A stretch of 51,206 nt of DNA, taken from positions 1-51,206 of the forward strand of contig CDMY01000565.1 in assembly GCA_001179505.1 (NCBI GenBank). The letters run 5' to 3'. The notes under the pieces are model-generated. The model had not been told where the DNA came from. It searched no databases and worked only from the letters and a program-made list of their open reading frames with translations. Shown here piece after piece: positions 1 through 11,945 of the stretch. Each line of letters begins with the position of its first letter. Within the stretch, counting starts at the first letter, position 1. This stretch comes from Vitrella brassicaformis CCMP3155 (lineage: Eukaryota > Protista > Chromerida). Both the position numbers and the translations under genes were made by a program.

Positions 1-540
1 TATTGATATCATCGCTGGATATCGATAGGTTCACATCCAATTGCATCCAGCGATGCATTGATATACTTGGCGAAGCACGTCTTCAACAAGGGCGTGTCTT
101 GTGTTCTTACTGCAGCCCTCTGAGTACCTGCGTGTTATCGCCACGTCTGTCTTCGAGATCTGCATGTTTTCAAGCTCTCGCCATTGTTGCATGCGTGGGT
201 GTGCTTCTCGTCAACACTCGTGCTGTGCTTGTCTCTGTGACGCATAATTGTACCACCGCTTCGCACGCTTTTTTCGACCCTCGCCCAATTCGCGGCCCGG
301 GGTGCCCACGCAGTGGGTGCCCCTTACTCGGAATTCGCGGATTCGCGGACAGGGTTTGAAGGGTCGATGGAGAGGACATGTGTGTGGATCGGATCGCTCC
401 ATCGACGTTTCGGCCATCCATCCACATGTATCAGCCGTCACATGCACCGCACGTCATCAAAACACCGATGGCAAACATGAACATGTCCAATGTCCACCCA
501 CCAGCACACACAGAAAAACGTCCACACATGTTTGGCTGGT

Positions 541-1218
541 TCATCTGTTGCCCATGCCCAGCCCCCGGCCATCATACTCCTGCTCATCCTCATCAGCCGA
601 TGCCGACCGACGCCGCCTTCGCGGCTGCGACTCCTGCTGCTGCTGCTGCTGCTGCTCCCCTTCACCGCCCTGCACACACATCAACTGTGAAGGTGGGTGT
701 GGGTGGCTGGAGGCATGAGCGTACCTGCTGGTTGGTGGTGTGTGGCTGTGGTGTTCTGGGAGGCGTTCTGTAGGGGTAAGGCGCTGTGGTGTTGGCCTGG
801 GTGTGCGTGTGTGTGTGGGCATCCGCCGGCTGCCGCTGGGACGACCATCCACCTACGGAAATACATGACACACACAGACACACGCAGAGAGAGAGAGACG
901 CGAGATTGGCCTCATGCGTGTGTGTGTGTGTGTGTTTGTACGTTGTATGTTTGCGAAGCGTTCCTTGAGCTGGTCGGCCCCTGTCCCCCGGGCAGTCTCG
1001 ACGAACTGCCGCACCTCGGCCTGGCAGCCATACATCCCTGTCAGCTGACCACCTGTGGACACACAGACAGAGACATAGCAAGGAGGGGCACGGAAATCCA
1101 TGTGTGTGTGTATGTGTGTGTGTGAGAGAGAGGGGGGGGGGTACTTAGTTCCTCGTCCATCCATTCGGTCACCATCTGCACACACAGGTGGGCGGTGCCT
1201 TCCATCCTCTCTCTCTCC

Positions 1219-1250
<32 letters not shown>

Positions 1251-2847
1251 CTGTGTGTGCAGCACCGAGATCATGACGTTTCTGATGTGGTCGCTGATCT
1301 TTGCTGCGCGGGGGACCTCTGCCGCCGGCAGCGCCCTCGTCTCTGTGAGCTTGTTGACGATGGCCTCATAGGTCTCCGACAGCCGCTCACACACCTCCCT
1401 GCACACACACACACGCACACACATTCACCCACACATTCGAATATACAGACTCATGGAGGTGCAGACTCACCTGTAGAGTGCCCACACGTGAGGCCACGGG
1501 AGCCTCTCCGTCTCCCGCAGCACCCCGCAGCACACCCACAGACAACGACCCCAATACGGCCCCTTCACACAAACACACACACAAGGGTGTTCTCGTCTTT
1601 GAGGGTGTGTGTGGTTGCCGAGCGTGTAGACAGACAGACAGACCGTGGTGCGTTCGAGGGCCCGTCTGCCCTCGCCCCATTTGAGCCAGAGGACGTTGGC
1701 CAGCTCCATGATCAGCACGAAGGACGACGGCAGCGGGGAGAGGGAATACGCTGACAAAGAGAGAGGCGTCACATGCAAGAGGGTGTTTGCGTGGCCGGCG
1801 CTGGGCGAGGGTGTCTACGTGAGATGGTGCGGTATGAGACGATGAAGTGCTCGAAGCGACGCGGGAGGTCCACAGGAACTGCAACCGCAGACACATGCTC
1901 AAATCCATCCATCCATCCACTTGTCCATCCAGCCATGTCGTGCGCACCGGGCTGTGCCTGCTGCTGCTGGTGGCGGTCGATCGGCACCCCCGCTGACGCA
2001 CTGCACACCCAAAGACACATAGATACACAACCATTGCAGTGCAATCCCATACCCACCAGCTCACACACTTACGTACCCGTCAGTGCGGTAGAAGTGCTTC
2101 GGACGCACAAACCCTGGGTCACTCTGCACAAACAAACCCACCACACACACATCCTCGCAGAGAGAGAGAGAAAGAGGGAGGGAGAGAGATGTGCGTCGAT
2201 TCGCTGACTGACCTGAGCGAAGAACGGCATCAGGGTGTCGTGCGGCCAGGGTGCGAAGAGGTGCCGCGTGGCGCGGGGCGTGAAGCACACAGACAGGAAG
2301 AGATTCTCGTACTCCAGCAATGCGTCCGCCTGCACTCACGCCACAGTGTGTGTTGGTGTGTTTGTGGGAGAGGGGAAGATGCGCTTGGCTTACAGGTGGG
2401 CTGCCTGCGTGGATGCGGTCAAGCAGCAGCAGCTGTAGGTGTGGCAGGCCCACTCTCCTGGCGTCCTGCATGAGCCGGTCCACGTCTCTGACGCTCTGCA
2501 GCGATGCTCGCATGGCGTCGATCTCGTCCTTCACAGACGCGTATCTAGCCCAACCAACACACACACATCCATCCATCCATCCATGTGTGTGAGTGTGGTG
2601 TGTTGTGGTGTGTGTGTCTACGCCGGCTGTGTCGCTAGGCGCTTTGAGATCAGCTCCAGCTCGTTGACAAAGGGCTCCTGCATCCATCCATCCATCCATC
2701 CGAGAGAGAGGGGTCCATGTGTGTGTGTGGTGTGTGTGTGTGTGTGCCTGTAGGTGCATGATGGTGTCGATGGCCCGCTCAGCGTACACGGCCATCTCTT
2801 GCAGACCACTCACACCCGTATGCTGAACAGACAATCCGCCAACAACG

Positions 2848-2882
<35 letters not shown>

Positions 2883-5800
2883 TGTCTGTGTGTGCCTGCG
2901 TGTACCTGCCGCAGGATGCCCATCATCGGGGTTTCACGAAGGCCGGCCTGAGTGGTCCTCTCGAGGGCTGCCTGGAGGCGCTTCAAGCACTGCAGAATGG
3001 CAGGCACCCGAACACATTGACGTGTTTGTTCAGATGGGCGCGAGAGTGTGAGGTTACCTCTTTACGGTCAGCGAGAGAGGCGTTCTGGGGAGGCAGCTGT
3101 TGTGTGAGATGCAGGTACAGCGCGCAAACCTAAACAATCACATGGACACACACACAGGGAGAGAGAGGGAGAGAGGGACGCCCGTCGTCTCCCTCTCTCG
3201 TGAGTGGATCGGATCTTCCATGTGCTCAGTCACCTCTGCCCATCTCTGCGTGCGCTTCAGCAGCTCTGCCAGGACCTCTCCGCACTTGAGCGCCTCCTTG
3301 GCGGTCCTCTGTCCGCCCGACATCATCATGGCCCACTCCAGCAGCCTGTGCTCAACCAGGGCCACAGACACCTGAAACTGCTGCTGCACACCTGCACACG
3401 AGAGAGCATCCACACAGCCATCCATCCATCCACAGACACACACAGGCATCCGCCGACTGACCGCCGAGTGTCGCGAGGATCGTCTGTGAGTCGTATGTGC
3501 CCAGCAGCTTGTCAATCGAGGCCGTTTTGAGCCGCTCGTGGGCACCCACCAGTATGGCTGACAGCACAGCGGGCTCCTGTGGACACACACACACACAAAG
3601 ACGCACACACACACGGATGGATGGATGGATGTGTGTGGGCGTGTGGTTGCCTGCAATCGGTCGGCGATTGTGAGGATGAAGATGTCGCACACGCTGTCGG
3701 GAGAGAGGCCGGTGTGTGCGAGGGTCGGCAGGCCGCTGTCAATCTGCACACACACAGGTACACACACACGTGTGTTGACCTGTGCCGCTGTGTGGGGGTG
3801 AGTGTGTGGGCACCCACCTTGTCGTTGGCGATCTGCACGCACTTGGCCCAGTTGTTGGAGTGCATGTACGTCCGCAGAGACAGGCGCAGCGCACTCTCAG
3901 CCTCCCTGCCGCCACCCACACACACACAGCTGTGTCCTCTCCGTGTGTGTGTGTCTGTGTGTGTGTGTGTGTGTGTCGGGGGTACCTGCCGTCGGTCTGT
4001 CGTGAGTTGAGCAGGTTGGTGAACCGCTCCAATGCCTCCTGGGACACATCTGTGTGTGTCATCGCACCCTGTACACATGCACAGCATCTGTGTGTCAGAG
4101 ATCTCCCTCCCCCTCCCCCTCTCCCTCTGTGAGTGTGTGTGCGTGTCTGGATGTTTGCCTGTGTGGTGGTAGCGAGGGATCTGCTGAGAGCGAGGTACAC
4201 GATGGACAAATTGCGGCCAAACAGATCGGGGCAGTACTGGTTGAGTCGTGAGCACAGCTGCACCACTCGGTTGCCGTCGTCCCCAGGATGCTGCTGCTGC
4301 TGTTGCTGCCGCCGGCCGCCGACGGGCGCGCCTTTCAGCCAACTCAGCAGCTCCTCATTGCCAATCCCGGCCTGCAAATGCATCACACACTCTCTCTCCC
4401 TCTCTGTGTCCGCCATGGATGGACGGATGGACGGATTGTGTGTACCGCTTGGAGCACGACAGCGTCGCACATGCGCATTGGGAGAGTGATGAAGTCCTCA
4501 GTGGACGCCACACGGTCGATTGGGGCATTCATCAAGACGTCCAAGTAGGGCGCAATACGCCTGCAGTGCATGGCTCTCTCTCTCTCTCTCTCTCTGTGTG
4601 TGTCTGTGTGTGGGGGAGAGGGGACCTACCTGCTGGCCCACACGCTGCTGTTGTCGTGGTGCTCTCTGGCGATGGCCTCCATCACTCCGACTGTCTGCTT
4701 CATCATGTCTGCGCAGGCAGGAACACACCCAAACCCACACCCACACCCACACGTGCAGATGAGATGGGATGTGTGTGTCCATGTGTGTTGGTACCAAGGA
4801 AGGCCACCACGCAGTCGAGCCGCAGTTTGTCGAAATACACCAGCCGTTGCTGTGCCAGTGCCACACACACAGAGGGAGGCGTGTGTGCGTCCATGCAGCT
4901 GTGTGTGTGGAGAGGCAGACGCACTTACTTACCAGCCCTTGCTGCGGCCCGGTGTATTCCATATTCTCTCTGTCGCCCCTCCCTGCTGCAGGGACGCCCT
5001 CGCGCACGTAGGACAACACAGCTGCATAGCATTGCAGACACACACACACACACAGGTGTGGGGCTGTGGTTGTGTGTGTGTGGGGGTGTGTGTGTGTGGG
5101 TACATGATAGGCTTGTGAGCAGGGAGGACAGCATGGCGCCTGGGGGGGCCAGCCGCACCTGATAAGAGAGAGAGGGAGAGAGAGCTGTGTTTGGATGCCA
5201 TGTCTGCTCTGCGCATCACTTCACTCACGCCGTCGTAGCCAAAGCAGAAGACGCAGATGGGCGTGTCCAGCAGAGGATACAGCACCTGCGAGCACAAGGC
5301 AGACAGACAGACAGACACAGACACATGTGTGTGTGTGGGTGGGTGGGTGGGTGTGTGTCCACCAGATCCACATATATCACATGAGGGTGCGTACGTGTGC
5401 CAGCCACATCACGAGCCCCTTGAACCACTTGGCGGGGGGGCGGGGGGCGTTCCTACACACACACAGACCGGTGTCATCTGCTGTCTGTCTGTCTGTCTGT
5501 CTGTCTGAGCGTGTCGATCCATCCATGCGCACATGAGTTCTGTGATTGACGCGCCTGCCTCCTCTTCGCGCGTGTAGGCGATCTCGGTGTCGTCAATGTG
5601 GAAACGGGGCCTGCACTCACACACACACACGTATGCATGAGTCAGTGCATCAGTGCATCAGTCAGTCCACACACAGAGAGGGAGAAAGAGATGCACACCC
5701 ACCTGAATGGGCGCCCTGGCGACCCTCCTAATCGGGACCTCCCTCCCTGACACACACACACACACACGTACGTGTGTCTATGTCTGTGTGAGCGTGTGTG

Positions 5801-6781
5801 CGTACGCCGGTGCTGGTGGATCGGTCGGGCAGCCCAATGGTGTGGGAGAGGTACGTGCAGCACATCTCTGCATTCCGTGGGTTGGGGTCGCCGGCCAGCA
5901 GCGAGGGCAGGTACGTCAGCGTCACCACCTGGTACACACCACAATGGATGGGTTGAGGACGCATTGCAATCATTGTCTTGTGTGGTGTGGTGTGGTGTGG
6001 ATTTGTGTCTGCGCACCTGCACACTCTTCTCTGTCAGCAGCACCAAGGTCCGCGCGCTGCGCCAAAGGGGCGTCTGCCCTGAAGCCTCCACCCCCCACAC
6101 ACACGGAGAGAGATGGATGGATGGATGGATCTGTGCTCGTGACTAAGTAACCTTCCATCGGCCCGTCGAGCACCACCACGCCATTGCCGCCGCCGCCCCT
6201 CTGTCCACTGTGTCCGCAGTAGAAGGAGCGCTCCTCGGCGAGTGCGATGGCGGGCGACGGGAGCGACTGAACCGACACGTACTCAGCCAGGGGGGACAGC
6301 TCTGCATTACACACACGACGGGCGCACAGATGCACATCTGTGCAGGTGAGTCGACTGGGGGGTGGTCCGGACCTCCCGAGGGCAGTCCGGCTCTTGCGCG
6401 GATTTCGACGGTGCCCATGCCGACTCTGACACACACACACACACAGATTGGTTGTGTTGTTGACACACAGACGTGTGCTTGCCTGCCCATCTGGCTGTCG
6501 TCACTCGTAACGATCTGCACGCCGTTTGCGTACATCGACAGAGATTGGGGGCCGGCTGATGCACAACCACACCCACACCCACACCCGCACACACACCCAC
6601 CTTCAACGTCAGTCAATGTGTGTGCACGGCACTACACAAGCTCACCTGAGCTCACCTGTGTAAGCCGTGCCGAGGACGTTCTGAGCAAACATGGCCGTGG
6701 GAGAGGGGACGTACGGCGACGCGCGACGTGTGGGGGGCGTGCTCGTGCCTTCACACACAGACATACACACGTGTGCACACT

Positions 6782-6812
<31 letters not shown>

Positions 6813-7660
6813 TGCAGCCGTACCGGCAAGCCAGAATGACGAGTGCATGCCTGTTGTCGTGCGGTAGGTCGACTGCCGGGAGTTCCATGAGGGATGCGGC
6901 GCTGTCAGTCAGTCAGGAACACACACACACACACACACCAGAGAGAGAGAGAGAGAGAGAGGGGAGGGGGGGAGGGGGGGATGTGCTGCTTGTGCACCGT
7001 GTGCAGAAATACAGACAGGCAGACGTACAGGTGCGTATGAGGTCCTGTGGGCTGTCAGCTGTGGTGTTGACGAAGTGGTAGCGCACCCCGTCGGCAGCCA
7101 ACACCACACAGTGCACCTGGGAGTCCACCGATATGCCTGATGACGACACACAAGACACACACAGATACACACAGATACACACGTGTGTGTGTGTGTGTGT
7201 GTTGGTCGGTGCCTATGTGGCGTTGACGCACAAACACGCATTATGACGCACATGGGAAGATCTGCATGATGTCCTTGGAGCGGCGCGGCTGCCCGGGGTA
7301 CGCTCGATCCAACCTGTGTGACCACACACAGACAGACAGACAGACATGTGTGTGCCAACGCGTGTGTGTGTGTGTGTTTGTGTGTGTGTTTGTTTGCAAG
7401 TTCCCTCCCGCCCTCCCTCCCTCACTCGTCCATCAGATGGCTGAAGTTGACTTCGCCCAGGTGCTTGAGGCCGTCTGCCTGCACACACGTGAATATGCGT
7501 GTGATGCACTCATCCGTCCATCGATCCATCTGTGTGTGAGTTGACTTGAGGACCTGGCAGCAGGTGACGGCCTGTCCCTCGGCCACCCAGATTCCCCGCC
7601 GCTGCTGACAAGCCGACGAGAGGGGGTCGCTCGACTGACCGAACGGTAGACGGCTGCACA

Positions 7661-7693
<33 letters not shown>

Positions 7694-8181
7694 GGGGAGT
7701 GTGTGCTCATCCAGACGCACACACACGCATACCAGATGGACTTGCGTCGCTTGGCAGGTCTGCTGCCCCCTGTGACTGCGCCTGCCTGGCCGGCAAACCC
7801 AGTGGCGCTGTCGCCGGGCATCATCATCGAAGTGTCATAATCCTCATCGGTGAAGGACGGAGCCGGCACTGCACACACAGAACGAACACGGATATGTGTG
7901 ATGTCTGGTGGGAGGGGAGGGGGAGGGGAGGGGGAAAGTACCGTTGGCCTCGTCAGGTCTGGCGAAGGCGTTGCGTGGGCGGCTGGACAGGAAGGGCTGA
8001 CCTGCAGCCACCAATGCAGCGCAGCGGTGGGCGTCCATCCATCCACCATGGCGAACACATGTGCGCGCACCGGTCATTCGCCATTGTCGCGACTCGAGTA
8101 TCTCGTAGATGCGGATGGTGGAGCTGCGTGGACGGACACACACCGACACACACATGGATGAGTGGATCAGTGTGTGTGCGC

Positions 8182-8216
<35 letters not shown>

Positions 8217-10315
8217 TGCGTGTGTGAGTGTGTGTGTGTGTGAGAGTGTGTGTGTGTGTGTGTGCTACCTGGTGTCAAGGGTGAAGAGATATTTGCTGGC
8301 GCAGCACTGACACGCACACATGGCAAACACAACACAACACGTGTGTGCTGATACACACGTAGGTGTAGGTGTGTGGGTACATCCATGTCGTGTGCGGCAT
8401 ACTTTGAGCTGTTTGATCCGCTGCTGTCGCCGAAATGACGGCAACAAATCCCACACCCCTGCACCAGCACTCACCGTCAGTGCGCGCGCGTGTGTGTGTG
8501 TGTGTGTGTACCCTTTGTACGCTGAATCAGCCGCACTCTTGGGCAGTTCCTACACACCATACACACACACACGTTGGAGTGTCTCTGCCCGCGTCTGTGT
8601 GTGGCAGACAAGTACCAGGTCCGCTCCTTCTGGTACGCGAGCTCGAGAATCTCCGAATCTGCACTTGTGCACACAGAGATGGAGGGATGGATGGACATGG
8701 CCGCTCATACGAACGCACCTCCGCGTGTCATGAAGACGTGCCCATCGTCCGTCACAGCCATCACGTCAATCACACCTGAAGACACACACGCTCACACACG
8801 CTCGCACACTCACATACATGACGGCAGACAGAGATGCCCACTCACCGTCACTCCTCACGCGGTAAACGCCTTCAACCAAGTCGGTCTCGGCAATGACGTA
8901 CCTGCAGCGCCTCACACACACACACACACATATAGGCACGTGTCGGCTCCGACATCCGTCGTGCACACGACTGCGGTGCGTACGGGTGTGTGTCTGATCT
9001 GTCGAAGGAGTGCGGCGAGACGGGCGACAGGGGCGATGTGGCCGCTGCTGTGACACAGACACAGACACACGCACGAACACAATGAAACACACCATCTCAC
9101 ACATGCGCCATTGTGTGACATACCTTGCTGCTGCGGGCTGGCCAGCCGCGACACACCCGAATACCCTTGACGGGCACTGCACCAAAAACATGTCTGTCTC
9201 CAGGTGTCGATGAGCCCGTGTGTGTGTGTGTGGACCTCCTGGCGCCCCTGAACACAGTGCTGAGTCCGCCAACTCCCCCGCTGCTGTCACCGTCGGCCAT
9301 GGTGGTCGATTGGGTGCGGAGAGACCGGTCCGACACGGGCAGCACACACAACCCTGAACACATGGATGGCGTTAGTGAGATGTGTGTGAATGCGCGCGTG
9401 TCTGGTGCGGTGTGGTGAGCGCGCCTCTCATCTCGACGTGGTCTTCGGTGGCCACCACAACCACACACGACACCTGCACACACACACGGGCACGGCCCAT
9501 ATATGACCCAGACGAGCGAGTCAAATGTTTTGACCGATCGCGCACCTTTGAGTCGAACACCTCTGGTCGTGGGATGAGCAGCTCCACGGCAGTCAGTGGC
9601 TGGACACCATCAACACACACAACGACACATGGGTGGGTGTGAATCGATGTGCTTTGTCCATGTGCTTTGTCCACCTCGTAGAAGTCCATTCGTATGGGCT
9701 TGGCGTCCGCACAACGATAGTTCCTGCACACACACAGACACCGATAGACATGTGTGTGTGTGCATGCGATATATGCGATGCGCACCAGATGAAGAGCACA
9801 TTGTCGACGGCCACCCACAGGTGGTGAAGGAACGGAAAGAAACCTGATTGGATTGGTCCACACACAAACACTTGCAAACATGCTCTGCGCCCATGCACAT
9901 GACGTGCCTGCAAATGCCCTCTGCTGTGCCCTCTGGGTCGCCTCGGTGATGACAGCCGGCAGCATACTCTGCAGCGGCAAACTGCACACACGTACACACA
10001 CATACCGACAGACACAGACAGATGTGTACGTCTGTGTGTGTGTGTCTGAGTGCTGACTCCATTCGTATGGCCCTGTTGTCCCATTCGAGCAGCGGCACGT
10101 CGCACGGGAAGGTGAACTGGGCGGGCGAGAAGGAATTCGCCTCCGACATCACAATCTGCACACACACACACACACACCAAAGCAAATGCATGCACCAAAG
10201 CAATGCATCTCCCTTCTCCTGACATGAGTGATGCACACGCACACACACGCATTGTGACGCATCCGACCTTCCGGCCCTCCTCCGCCAGCTTGATCTTCTG
10301 CGTCAGCGGGTCCAT
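541..10315 (-). CDS. NUP155: Nucleoporin Nup155/Nup170-like, multi-exon (dozens of short introns)
   Basis: Spliced minus-strand exons read MDPLTQKIKLAEEGRK..LPAVITEATQRAQQRAFAG|FFPFLHHLWVAVDNVLFIW..QPLTAVELLIPRPEVFDSKV..SCVVVVATED, matching the Nup155 N-terminal motif (GvFP.i.raWltiD..lf.W ... I.aV.Lv.PkpgvF ... LlvvAT). The C-terminal LPWPHVWALYRE resembles Nup155 VPl..l..vY. The last exon ends GLGMGNR* at 541. Recognised from memory of the family. Confidence 0.8.
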
Positions 10316-10731
10316 TGTGTGACTGTCACAGTGGGTCTCACGACCAAGGCAGATGGACAGATCTGTGCTCAGATCACTTGAGCAATGCGTTCACTCCTCA
10401 CTTGAGGCTCTGCACCGGACGCGACCGTCTTTGCTCAGCTCGCACTTGCGAGCTTGGCAAGAAGTGAGCCCATGGCTTGCGTCATCATCTCTGCCGTAAG
10501 TCGGGAGTCCTCTTTCCATACCTCTTCCAACACATTCCTCATAGGTGAGGAACCACGTCCATGAACGAGTGCTGCATCAGTGCCGGTATACGGGCCCTTG
10601 GCACCTTCTCTACGCTGACTGTCTGTCCGGCTCGGACCCACACACATGGGAGGTGAGTCAGCATTGCAACACAGCACAGCACAGCACGATTCGACACAGA
10701 GCCCCCACGCGCCGTTCCTGTGCTCATCCAG

Positions 10732-11876
10732 GACTGGTATCTCGCGTTCGGGCCTATGTTGCCCAGCAAGAGGAAGATGCCGCCACTCGAGAGCTCGCCA
10801 AGGGCCTCAGGAATGGCACACTGACTCTGGAGAGGGCCACACAGTTGCTGGAAGCAAGAGCCGACGCCAAGTTCATCATGACTGACTGGGATGGGTACCG
10901 CTACAGCCTCATCCAGCTAGCGATCGAGCGTCACAAGACGGCTGACAGTCTGGACATCATCCGGCTGCTCATCGACAGAGGAGCTGATATCAACCATCGC
11001 AGCAGCTCCCCGTATCGCCCTATCGCATTTGCCCTTACCAAAGGCCGCTATGACGTCGCCCACATGCTGCTGGATGACCCCAATCTCGACATCAAGGCTG
11101 CGCATCACCTGCTGTGGCGTGTGGCAGACGACGCCCGTGACGGCAGTGTGTCATCAGCCGAGAAGCTTAGGATGGCCAAGAGGCTGATAGCGCTCGAGGC
11201 GGCAGACCAAAATCCAGATGTCCCCATCTGGCAGTTCTGCAGTCGTCCCCTCACCGACCCGTCCCACCATCTGGAGCTCATTGCCTACCTTTTCCACAAG
11301 GCCGGGCAGAGTGCCATCGGGCTCAATTCCCGGATGGAGGGCAGGAATTGGGCCCTCCTCTATCAAGCAGCTTGATCTCGGTCCTCGGATGGCGTGCTGC
11401 GGCTGCTCATGCGCAACGGGGCGGCCGTCACACGAGAATATTCTCTCTCAGGGGGGCCGCCCTTAGAAGTGCTACGGGCGGCATACCGTGACTATCTGCG
11501 CCATGACCTGCCGATGCAGGTCAGCATCGCCGTCAAAACAGCCCTCCTGCCCGCACGCGCACTGGCGACGACGGCACTGCCCGATGGCGTCATTGAGAGC
11601 ATCGAGGCGCTCATCGGCGTGGGCAGCCCGCCCGCGCTCTTCATTCCCATTGGCGAGCAGCCCTTCGGCAATCGCATCAATGAGCTGGCCAACGGCTACC
11701 TGTCTGCGGCTTACAAGTGCATTCGGCAGGCCGGCAGCAGCAGCAGCAGCAGCAGCAGCCTGGAGGGCATGGGCAGCATCGAGGGGATGGTCGACCGATA
11801 TGATGACCTGATGCGGCAGGTGCGTGAGGCTGCCAAATATGAATGTTGTCAGTTTTGCCCTTCGCCATATGAATGA
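10732..11876 (+). pseudogene. Ankyrin-repeat protein of an expanded family, interrupted by an in-frame TGA at 11373-11375
   Basis: ORFs 10545..11375 and 11394..11876 are in the same frame, separated by one TGA (LYQAA*SRSSDGVLRLLMRNGA). Ankyrin-like repeats: IIRLLIDRGADINH, PIAFALTKGRYDVAHMLL, LRLLMRNGAAV. The paralogue near 48 kb has CGA at this codon. The 5' end is uncertain. Confidence 0.65.
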
Positions 11877-11945
11877 ATGAGTGAATGACTTACGAGGACT
11901 CAGCCAGGGGAGGCAAGAAGCAAGTGTGGGAGGGAGGCTTCCCCC

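Noticed and set aside
248-9500. Numerous ORFs rich in HTHT, CVCV, SLSL or RERE
   Set aside because: Translations of intronic microsatellites or antisense frames of Nup155.
10435-10731. Short ORFs between Nup155 and the ankyrin gene
   Set aside because: Could be 5' exons or UTR of either neighbour; no supportable product.
11373-11375. In-frame TGA in the ankyrin gene as a second selenocysteine codon
   Set aside because: The paralogue has CGA (Arg), not Cys. There is no redox motif, and I saw no SECIS-like hairpin downstream. A nonsense mutation is simpler.
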